From Octopus sinensis (Eukaryota), in assembly GCF_006345805.1 (NCBI RefSeq), contig NW_021836073.1, positions 1 to 25,530 of the forward strand: DNA of 25,530 bases, written 5' to 3'. A program made the translations under genes and the position numbers. The notes under the pieces are model-generated. The model did no database searches, was not told where the DNA came from, and was given only the letters and a program-made list of their open reading frames with translations. Below are positions 10,480 to 19,998 of this stretch, in pieces. How positions within the stretch are numbered: position 1 is the first letter of the stretch; each line of letters begins with the position of its first letter.

Positions 10480-10860
10480 GGCGGCGAGCTGGCAGAATCG
10501 TTAGCACGCCGGGCGAAATGCGTAGCCGTATTTCGTCTGCCGTTACGTTCTGAGTTCGAATTCCGTCGAGGTCGACTTTGCCTTTCATCCTTTTGGGGTC
10601 GATTAAATAAGTACCAGTTACGCACTGGGATCGATATAATCGACTTAATCCGTTTGTCTGTCCTTGTTTGTCCCCTCTGTGTTTAGCACCTTGTGGGTGG
10701 TAAAGAAATAGGTATTTCGTCTGCCGTTACGTTCTGAGTTCAAATTCCGCCGAAGTTGACTTTGCCTTTCATCCTTTCGAGATCGATAAATTAAGTACCA
10801 GTTGCGTATTGGCGTCGATCTAATCGAGTAGCCTCCTTCCCCCCAAATTTCGTACCTTAT
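10480..10860 (+). mobile_element. tRNA-derived SINE (Meta/MESC-like), head plus two 184-bp body units
   Basis: GGCGGCGAGCTGGCAGAATCG (A box), GAGTTCGAATTCC (B box), core CTTTCATCCTTTTGGGGTCGATTAAATAAGTACCAG. GTATTTCGTCTGCC starts at both 10528 and 10712. Confidence 0.93.
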
Positions 10861-10952
10861 GCTTAGAATAGAAAAGAATATACTCGGTAGTAAATTATGA
10901 GTGCACATAACGAAATATGGTGTCCTTACATGTAATTAATATATGAGAGTAT

Positions 10953-11322
10953 AAAGACCCCATTTGGTCATAAATGGCCATTTGATTTCCCCTAGAATGC
11001 TTCCCCACAAAGCACAAGTCTGGGCAACGTTGTTTATGGAAGACTAGCAGTGGCCCATGTATACCAGTCTTCCCTCTCCATGCCACCGATGTTATCCAAG
11101 GGGAAGGGCAATGGCCGATACAGCTTGGCACCAGTGACATCGCAACTCCTTTCTACGGCCCTTTGCCTTTTCCTTGGATAACGTCAGTGACGTGGAGAGG
11201 GAAATTTGGTATGCATGGGCGACTGCTGGTCTTTCACAAAACGTACATGCCCGGACCTGTGCCTTGGAACTTTATAAGAGCAATCCCATAGTCACTCGTG
11301 ACCAAAGGGGGTCGTTTACCTT
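10953..11322. mobile_element. Two inverted, 5'-truncated retroposon (SINE/LINE) 3' tails in one insertion with a 13-bp TSD
   Basis: 10953-11117 is an imperfect reverse complement of 11156-11317. TATATGAGAGTAT flanks both sides (10940-10952 and 11323-11335). Reading the arms as retroposon tails rests on recall of octopus repeats. Confidence 0.75.
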
Positions 11323-11425
11323 TATATGAGAGTATTTAGTCGGCGTATATTGTTAGATGATCTATACCGGAGTATATAGTAGACGCATATAGTTACATAG
11401 AGCATATATATATATATATATATAT

Positions 11426-11459
<34 letters not shown>

Positions 11460-11510
11460 TTTAGATATATATTAAATTTGAATATTGAGATTGAAACGAT
11501 ATCAACATAC

Positions 11511-11636
11511 CAAAAATTTAGACAGAGGTAAGCAAGAGCATATATTTTGTCTGTGTGAGTTAGTACTCCATCCCCATCAGAAATGGTAAATTTTCCGTAT
11601 AATAATGCTGTCTTTATAGTATTCTCATATAGCATT
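11511..11636 (-). CDS. Exon C of an unknown protein: MLYENTIKTALLYGKFTISDGDGVLTHTDKIYALAYLCLNF(W)
   Basis: Donor TG|GTATGT at 11510, acceptor tattatatcag at 11637-11638 (two alternative in-ORF acceptors lie upstream). Non-repetitive protein-like sequence, phase-compatible with exon D. Confidence 0.65.
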
Positions 11637-12612
11637 CTGATATAATATATGTATTTTAAGTATTCTGATGTAGTATTCTGATATAATATCAAATCTAACA
11701 ATACACACTCAGAAACAAAGATTAAGCCAGCTTAAAGCCATATGTACTGAAATAGCCTAAAGCTGGTACGTTTACTTTTAAGTATTACTTATGCTACAGT
11801 AGTCAGTTTAGTACGCAAGTACACCCTTTGTAACGGCAACCACATTTGATGAAGGGAGGAGTATTATATAAATATCAAATGACAGGAGTATATAATAAAT
11901 TAACTGTTGGTAGCCAGTATACAATAACTTTAGGTAGAAAGAATATACAATAGCTTTAGGAAGGAGGAATATATAAGAGTTAAAGTGGTGAAAGAATTGT
12001 AATATATTTAAGTGTTAGAAATCAGAAACATCTACTCTGCATGTGTTAGGTGAGTGCACCAAAGATAATAAATCCTTCCAAAGATGATAAATTTCCTTTA
12101 TAATACTTCTATTCTTGCAGTATCATTATATATTCAGGTCTTAAAGCTTTGTTCAAATTTAATAATACACCCCCCAGAAACGAAGATCTAGTTGCATTAA
12201 GCAGAGAAAGAGCTTAACGTTGGTATGTTTATAAATCTAATTATTCTCGTATAAGTATTATGCAAGAGTAGTTAGTCTCAGTGCTGTAGCGCAACCTGTA
12301 ACCACAACCTGTAACCACAACCATCAGCCTCTCGGATGAAACGTTTTTTAATATCAAAACAGAAATGCGGGCGAACTACGTATGCGTAATGGTGGTGGTT
12401 GGGGCTTATGTAGTGGATAATTTAATTCTGAAATTCTTTGACATACAACATATTTTCAATGTTGTTTTTCTTTTAATGTTCAGAATAGTAATTCTAGAGA
12501 CCCTGAGGGGGCTGATGATAGGACATATATAGACGTAACTAATCACCGTAGGACTTATTTCTACGATACTTTATCACTTCAAACGTGATACTAATAATAC
12601 ATTTGATGTAGT

Positions 12613-12670
12613 GAGTTCAAATTCCACCAAGTTCAACTTTGGTTTTCATCCCGACGGGGGTTGTTGAAAT
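12613..12670 (+). mobile_element. SINE fragment (Meta/MESC-like B box plus core)
   Basis: GAGTTCAAATTCCACCAAGTTCAACTTTGGTTTTCATCC matches the family. Confidence 0.65.
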
Positions 12671-12849
12671 AATGTAATAGATAAGACGTGGGTTCAATCG
12701 TATCGATCGTTTAACTTCCTTCCCACAAAATTGCAGGTCTTGAGTCGAAATTGAAAAGCAAGAGTAGTAGATTGACAGAATATTTTGTGCATCGGACACA
12801 ATTGCTTCCAGTATTTGGTTACTAGTGCTCAACAGGTAAATATTTTGTT

Positions 12850-13155
12850 GACCTTGAAAGGATAAGAGGCAAAGTAGACGTAAAGCACAAGAAATGTCGC
12901 TAAGTATTTTGTCGAGTGCGGTAATGGTTCTGCAAGTTCGTTACCTTGCTTCAAATTTTGGCGCAAGGCCAACAGTTTGACGGATAGAGAGAAGTCGGTT
13001 ACATCGACCTCGGGGCCCAACGTATTCATTTTATCGACGACTGAAGGATGGATGGCAAACTCGACCTCGGTGGTATTTGAACTCAGAACGTAAAGAAACT
13101 TGGAAGGAAATTCCACAAAGCATTTTCTCCGACGTGCTGACGATTCTGTTCACAT
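12850..13155 (-). mobile_element. Two adjacent decayed SINE copies (about 12850-12945 and 12953-13155)
   Basis: Tail AAATTTTGGCGCAAGGCC, core and ATTTGAACTCAGAACGTAAAG recognisable. Confidence 0.75.
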
Positions 13156-13329
13156 ATTGCCTTTCCTTGTATAATGATTATTCTTCGAAATTTTGGCACC
13201 AGGCCAACAATTTCTAGGGAAGGAGTTTATTGAATACATTACGCCAGTAACTGAATGGTTCTTTACCCTATATACCTTGAAAAAATGAAACGTAAAGTTG
13301 ACTACAGTATGATTTCAAATTATGATGTA

Positions 13330-13903
13330 TTAGGTTGTCCGGAAAGTTCATGCCGATTTATTGTAGCTTACCTTTCGACTTCTTTTAGAACATGTTTGAG
13401 TCCATAAAGTAGGATTTGACTACACCTCCATTTAGAGCACAGTTTAAGCTATCTTTTCGTGGAAGAAGGTTTATGCTCATATAACCTGTATTAATTCTAT
13501 AACCCTTTAAAATGGAAGATAAGAAAGTTCATTTTCGGCACTTGATGCTTTTCTTTTTCCGTAAAGGAAAAAATGCCTCACAAGCAACCAAAGAAAAATG
13601 CGCAGTTTACGGTGATGTTTCTTTATCCGAAAGAACTGTACGGAAGTGGTTCGCAAGGTTCTGAGCTGGAGATTGTAGCCTTATTGATAAAGAGCGATCA
13701 GGCAGACCATACACTACAGATGATGACCAAATCAAGTCATTAATTGAGAATAACCCACATTGCACAACCCGAGAATTGGTAGAAAGCCTCAACCTATCAA
13801 AATCCGTCGTTCATGAGCACCTGGTAAAGATTGAGTAATGGCAAGTATTTATTGACCTTTTTCTTTCCTTTAAAAATTGGCACGAACTTTCCGGACAACC
13901 CAA
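13330..13903 (+). mobile_element. Internally deleted mariner DNA transposon (574 bp)
   Basis: 30-bp TIRs at 13330-13359 and 13874-13903 (3 mismatches). TA duplications at 13328-13329 and 13904-13905. Confidence 0.95.
13512..13838 (+). pseudogene. Mariner transposase N-terminal double-HTH domain, disabled
   Basis: MEDKKVHFRHLMLFFFRKGKNASQATKEKCAVYGDVSLSERTVRKWFARF*AGDCSLIDKERSGRP...SKSVVHEHLVKIE*. Mariner WF.RF and RSGRP motifs, internal TGA at 13662, no catalytic domain. Confidence 0.93.
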
Positions 13904-13999
13904 TAAAAAGATGGGACAATTGCTACGTGGCGTTTTTCCGACTGTCAAACTCTCCTTCAATCCAGATTCATTTTACCTTTATAATCATTTCGACGATAC

Positions 14000-14190
14000 G
14001 CACAAAGCCAGAAATTCTGGGAGTGGATTAAGTCGGTCGCATCCACCCCAGTGCTCAACTGGTACTAATTTCATCGGCCTCGAAAGGACGAAAGGTGGAA
14101 TTGGGACTCAGAACACAGAGAGTGACGAAAAGCCACTTAGCATTTTTGTCCGTCCGGTGTGCTAACAACAATTCTGCCAGTTTGCTGCCT
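14000..14190 (-). mobile_element. Decayed SINE (Meta/MESC-like)
   Basis: CCCCAGTGCTCAACTGGTACTAATTTCATCG..GAAAGGACGAAAGG and head ending TTCTGCCAGTTTGCTGCC. Confidence 0.75.
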
Positions 14191-14248
14191 CCGCATTGTC
14201 AACTTAATAAAAAATTTTAACATAGGTATAAGCCATGTCTTCCTAATA

Positions 14249-14249
<1 letters not shown>

Positions 14250-14288
<39 letters not shown>

Positions 14289-14720
14289 AATCATATACGC
14301 ATACACACATGCACAAATTACAGCATATACGTTAAAAAGTATGCACTCGTCAGATATGTCTGCAATTACAATTATACAGAACGCAATCGTATATAAACAC
14401 ACACTAATACACACACACGCACATACATGCCCATACATTTACACACACACGCAAACGTTTATACACACGTGTATCTATGAATAATGTGTACAGAGATAGC
14501 TAGATAGATATAGATGTGTATATATATATGTATGTATGTGCGTGAGTGTGTGCGTGTGCGTATAGTGAAAGAGAGAGAGAGAAATACACGCACTCACACG
14601 CACATATACATACATACACACACGCACATACATACACACATACATATACATGTACATATACACATACATACATATACATGTATATATACACATACATACA
14701 TTCTTACACGTATATATATC
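14250..14720. repeat. (CA)n/(TA)n/(TG)n microsatellite field
   Basis: Seen directly. Confidence 0.85.
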
Positions 14721-15088
14721 TTCAGACACGCACGCATTGTTGCTTTTTGTTTACTTATCTCCCTTCCTTATTGTTCTTCAGTTGTAAGTTAAATACAAAA
14801 ACGTCTGTTGTTCCACTCTCTCACATCCGGAATTCTATACAACCACCGCCTCTTCCTTCCTCTCCTTCCTATTTCTTTCTTTCTGGTTTTTTTTTTTTAG
14901 TTTTTTTATTTATTTTTTGTACAAATTACTTTACCATTGGCCCCTATTTAGGGCCACAAAAGAATGCTAGGGATTTTCCACATTCATTTCCTGTCCATCT
15001 TTTTTTTATTCTTTCAGTTTCTCTTCGGTTTATCAACCGGAAATAGGTCAGACATGAAAGTATTAGACTCTTTTTGAAGTTGATGTCC

Positions 15089-15137
15089 TACTACAACTAC
15101 TACTACCACCACCACCACCACCACCACCACCACCACC

Positions 15138-15218
<81 letters not shown>

Positions 15219-15267
15219 ACTGCTTACTGCTTACTGCTGCTGCTGCTTACTGCTGCTGCTGCTGCTG
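15089..15267. repeat. Compound trinucleotide repeat (CAC)14-(TAC)18-(TGC)n
   Basis: CAC at 15107-15148, TAC at 15149-15202, interrupted TGC from 15203. Confidence 0.95.
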
Positions 15268-15755
15268 CAGCTACGGCTACTTTATACCCCAGCCAAATGC
15301 TATCATACACAACAGATCGCAATGGTCCTTTGTAAAGAATGTTCTCGAAGCATTACGCCAAGTCGTGGTAGGTATAAGCTGCTTCCATTTGAAATGATAG
15401 TCCTGATTACGAGAGAACAATTATACTACGACTTGATGCAGAGATCGTTGGCAAATGTTCACATCAAAGTTTATGTCTAAATTACTCCTTGATGCTGAAA
15501 ACTGCAGGAGTGCACATATATCCGTTGCAGTATGCATCGCTCATATGCATATTTTGGATCGTGTTCAAATGAAAGCTAATTTACCCCAAGCACTATTTGG
15601 CACCATGCATATCTGCAATCCATCATTTTTTTTTTTTTGTACACTAACACAATATCTGACCTTGCCATTCTGCCCCTGCTGATTACATTCCACATGTACT
15701 TTAACATTCTGTAAATACCTATCTGACTTCTTTTTCTCACAATCTCTATAGTATA

Positions 15756-16165
15756 GGCGCAGGAGTGGCTGTGTGGTAAGTAGCTTGCCTACCAACCACA
15801 TGGTTCTGGGTTCAGTCCCACTGCGTGGCATCTTGGGCAAGTGTCTTCTGCTATAGCCTCGGGCCGACCAAAGCCTTGTGAGTGGATTTGGTAGACGGAA
15901 ACTGAAGAAGCCTGTCGTATATATGTGTATAATATATATAAGTGTATGTGTTTGTGTGTCTGTGTTTGTTCCCCTAGCATTGCTTGACAACCGATGCTGG
16001 TGTGTTTACGTCCCCGTCACTTAGCGGTTCGGAAAAAGAGACCGATAGAATAAGTACTGGGCTTACAAAGAATAAGTCCCGGGGTCGATTTGCTCGACTA
16101 AAGGCGGTGCTCCAGCATGGCCGCAGTCATATGACTGAAACAAGTAAAAAGAGAAAAAAAGAGAG
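15756..16165 (+). mobile_element. Full-length tRNA-derived CORE-type SINE (octopus OR-like)
   Basis: GGCGCAGGAGTGGCTGTGTGGTAAG (A box), GGTTCAGTCCC (B box), CORE-like GTGGCATCTTGGGCAAGT, short-repeat tail. Highly similar to 23846-24265. Confidence 0.92.
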
Positions 16166-16285
16166 AGTATCTAACCTTCTAGATCTTCTACACGGCCACA
16201 TTTTCAAATGCCTATACGATTTGAGTGAATGGATATAGAATGGTATCAGAATTCAAATCTTTTCTAATCCCATCCGAACACTGAC

Positions 16286-16328
16286 CTTATAAAATCCATA
16301 CTGAGCATTATTCCTTTAACACTTTCAC
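16286..16328 (-). CDS. Candidate exon B: (S)ESVKGIMLSMDFI(R)
   Basis: Donor AG|GTCAGT at 16285, phase 2, joins exon C as AGA. Acceptor cacacag, with alternative in-frame acceptors giving starts at 16342 or 16350. Confidence 0.45.
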
Positions 16329-16499
16329 CTGTGTGTATATTGCTATTGTTCTATGATAGAAATGCCGGTGACAGGAAGCTCTAGGCACGAATCTTTTCCA
16401 CACTTTCAAAATGAGATTAAAGCCTAGTTGGCATTTAATATTTGTTCCCAAATCTCATATTGAAACATTTATTAAGAATCAGCCAAATATTCAGATGTA

Positions 16500-16860
16500 A
16501 ACGAGAAGCTCGCTTCACAACCATGTGGTTTCGGATCCAGTCCACTGCACACGGACAGTTTCTACATAGGGCCCACTGATGCCTTGGCAGACCTTGTGAA
16601 TGAATTTAATTTAATAAAGGGAAACTGTGTCAAAGCCCGTCGTATGTGTGCGTGTCTTTGTGTGTATCCTGTCACTTTGTCAACCAGTATAAGTTTGTGT
16701 ACGTCTCCGCAACTTAGTGGCTTCGGCAAAAGACACCGATAGAATAAATACCAGGCATTAAAAAATAACAAGATGTGAGGTCGATTTGTACGCATTTAAA
16801 TCATTCAAAGCGATGCCCCAGTAGGGTCGCAACCCAATGACTAAAACACATAAAAGATAT
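16500..16860 (+). mobile_element. Decayed CORE-type SINE
   Basis: Collinear similarity to 15756 (CAACCATGTGG, GGAAACTG..AAAGCCCGTCG, CCGATAGAATAA, ATGACTAAAAC). Confidence 0.75.
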
Positions 16861-17339
16861 TCTTTAAAAAATAACACAAACTAAAACATTTTTTGTGAAT
16901 CAGTCAAAATATTCAGGTGAGACAGAGAAGCATGAATAAATTAGTTATTTTGATTCATACATGTCCGCTTTAACACGCATCCTAGTATTATATATTTCCC
17001 ACTTGTATTGTCGTTCATGTATTTTCGTTTTATATATTCTCCCTATTATATATCCTTCCATGTCGCTTGTTCTTTCAGTTATATTTCCTTCATTGACCTG
17101 TGTGCTTCTTTTAAATATGTTCTTCATTCTCACGTATTCTTTTATATGTCCTTCTTTCGTGTCTTCTGTCTGTTTTTCTCTTACCCATTTTTCTCTGTAC
17201 CTTTGTTTCTGTCTCATTGTCCATGTATTTGTTTCATTACCTTTCTCTGTTTCTGTGTCTCTCATTTTCTCATTTCCCTTCCTTCCACCCCCTCTCTTTC
17301 TCTTTCTCTCACCCTATGCATATGCTTGCGTGTATGTAT

Positions 17340-17448
17340 ATGCATGCAGTTGTGATATATACATATATAATACATGATGTGCATAGTATATATTATATAT
17401 ATATATATATAATATATATATAGATATATTATATACATATATATACAT

Positions 17449-17509
<61 letters not shown>

Positions 17510-17660
17510 TTATATTATATATATAAAATATATATATATATGTATGTGTATATATATATATAATATATATATATATGTATGGTATATATATATATATTAT
17601 ACATACATACATTTACATACATACATACATACATATTTATATGCATATATAGATAAATGT
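17340..17660. repeat. (TA)n/(TACA)n microsatellite field
   Basis: Seen directly. Confidence 0.9.
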
Positions 17661-17688
17661 GTGCTCGTACATGTGTTTATATAAGTGT

Positions 17689-18073
17689 GGAAGCGCAATG
17701 ACCCAGTGATTAGGGCAGCGGACTCGCAGTCGTGGGATCGCGGTTTCGATTCCCAGACCGGGCGTTGTGAGAGTTTATTGAGCAAAAACACCTAGATCTC
17801 CACGAGGCTCCGGCAACGGGTGGTGGTAAATCCTGCTGTATTCTTTCTCCCCCCCCCCAATTTCTCTCACTATTTCTTCCAATGTCTGTTGTACATGTAT
17901 TCCAAAGGCCAGCCTTATCACACACTGTTTCATGCTGAATCTCTTCGAGAGTTACTTTAAAGATACACGTGTCTGTGGAGTGCTCAACCACCGACACGTT
18001 AATTTCAGGAGCAGGCTGTTCCGTTGATCGGATCAACTGGAACTTTTGTCATCGTAACCGTTGGAGTGCCACA
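17689..18073 (+). mobile_element. tRNA-derived SINE of a further CORE-type family with a LINE-like 3' tail
   Basis: Head GGAAGCGCAATGACCCAGTGATTAGG, B box GTTTCGATTCCC, TTGAGCAAAAACAC core. The tail GAGCAGGCTGTTCCGTTGATCGGATCAACTGG is recalled as a common octopus retroposon end. Confidence 0.8.
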
Positions 18074-18153
18074 ATGTATCAGATTGTGTGTTTGTGTACA
18101 TCTTTAATAATCTTACATATTTGTCTCTCTCTATATATAATGCATATAAATAT

Positions 18154-18236
<83 letters not shown>

Positions 18237-18420
18237 GAATATATACATATATATAGACTCACACGCACACATAGTAATGTAAGAATTATGACGCATACTA
18301 AAATATTTTTCACATAATGCAAATTAGTCAAGAACTCGGCCTGGGGCAAAACTCGGAGTACACTGTCAACTTATAATCTAATAAAATATGTAATATGAAA
18401 TATAATATAAATATTACATA

Positions 18421-18455
<35 letters not shown>

Positions 18456-18464
18456 TCAAAATGT

Positions 18465-18625
18465 AACCCCACGTGAATTGTTGGTGATTTTCTTCCTCCC
18501 TCTTTCTATTGGACTTTCCTCTATTTCTGCAGAAGAGCGTTGCTCGAAACGTTAAACCATCTTTTTTTCCTTCCCTGAGTATCCGTTGTCGTGTTTTTTT
18601 TTTGTGTTTGTTCTTTTTTGAATTT
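18465..18625 (+). mobile_element. Penelope-like element terminal fragment
   Basis: Contains the minimal hammerhead architecture typical of PLE pseudo-LTRs. Boundaries approximate. Confidence 0.55.
18524..18556 (+). ncRNA. Minimal type I hammerhead ribozyme motif with a core mutation (CUGCAGA)
   Basis: TTT-CTGCAGA-A-GAGC-GTT-GCTC-GAAAC-GT-T-AAA: 4-bp helix II, palindromic ACGT helix III, 3-bp helix I. Confidence 0.6.
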
Positions 18626-18730
18626 ACGATATATATATATATATAACACACACACCATATATATATATATATATGTGTGCGTGTATATGTATATATATAT
18701 GTGTATATATATACATATGTGTATAGTATA

Positions 18731-18804
<74 letters not shown>

Positions 18805-18989
18805 GGAGTCCCCATCAGAAACTGCATGACTTTGTAACATGTCACAAACTATTAACCCACAAACCACAGGTAAATGCTTTAGTTGGCTCATATCACCGTG
18901 GAGTCACCTATCCTCTCGCTCTCTTCACCCAACTAAAAGTCCTGATTGTGAGAGCAGTGGTGAGTGAAGACTACATTGACGTTGTAATG

Positions 18990-19090
18990 ATAATCGCTTT
19001 ACCGATCCCGAAACGCTAAAAAGCAAATTGACCTCGTTGAGATTTGAACTCAGAGTACTGTAATAAGTATTGCAACGTTTTGTCTTTTTT
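18990..19090 (-). mobile_element. Highly decayed SINE fragment (Meta/MESC-like)
   Basis: CCGATCCCGAAACG..AAAAGCAAATTGACCTCG..ATTTGAACTCAGAG. Confidence 0.6.
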
Positions 19091-19955
19091 TTTATCCGGG
19101 GTCTAATGTCAATCAATTCCTATCTACATACAGGGATGAATATAACAAAGAGAGCAATTTTGATTATAATTTTGTTGAGTAGAGATCATACTGATCACAG
19201 CAACAACACTATTTGAATAATGTAGATTTGTCACAGAGAAGCGCTACAAAAAATCACGTGTTGCACTTTATATCAAGAACAACAGACCTGTGGACAGCGT
19301 GTAGTCGTTCGACCAATTACTTCGGTACCTAAATTCCGATCAATCAGAGCTGACCTATGTCAATACAATAACAACTTCAATTAAGGCTGCAAAACACTGA
19401 TTCTTAACTCGCTAGGTAATGATAAATTGTGATATAATACAATTTATACTATCATAACTTAATTTGAACTATATTTCTCGAAATTTAATATTCAGTCACA
19501 TGGGTCCCCTAACGGACTATTGGGTCAAGAAAGCAATCACTTCATAATAATTAGAAGTTTGAGTTTGAGAATTAAGAATAAAGAACATGTTAAATAAACT
19601 ATATATATATATCTATTTTCTTTTGCTTTTTTGCTTATTTATTACGAGGGTCTCAAAATGTCTTGTTTTAGGTAATCATGTACAGAACCATTTCATTCTT
19701 TTTAGAACCTTCAATGTCTTAATCAAATTATATTTTTAACACTAAAGAACGATTCGTGCCGCAATGACCTATTTCGATTTTCAAGAGATATTTTTACAAT
19801 ACTTTTCCGTGGTGTTGGCTTCTTTACAGTCATTAATGTAACGGAAAACTGAATATCTTTGCTTAATCACCAAAGCGGATATCATACGTTTTACATCATT
19901 AATAATTTTATGTAAAAAGCATAAGACACACAGTGTACTACTTTTGCTCTCTTAC

Positions 19956-19998
19956 TAATATGTCCCTTCACCATATCCAATAAGATATGTTTAGTTTA
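19956..19998 (-). CDS. Candidate exon A: 5'UTR plus start codon (ATG at 19974; MVKGHI)
   Basis: Very strong acceptor (ttttttgttttcacttttctatttttttacag) and donor GTAAGA at 19955. Stops in all frames from the acceptor rule out an internal coding exon. The ATG frame exits in phase 1, compatible with exon B. Confidence 0.4.

Larger units (their letters stand above)
13186..13960 (-). mobile_element. Decayed SINE split by the mariner insertion
   Basis: AAATTTTGGCACCAGGCC tail and core lie left of 13329. The head-like continuation lies right of 13904. Rejoined, it reads ATGATG-TA-AAAAGA, matching the family motif AGAACGTAAAGA. Confidence 0.6.

Noticed and set aside
15756-15830. tRNA gene-like A and B boxes at SINE heads
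   Set aside because: No full cloverleaf, and the heads continue into SINE bodies.
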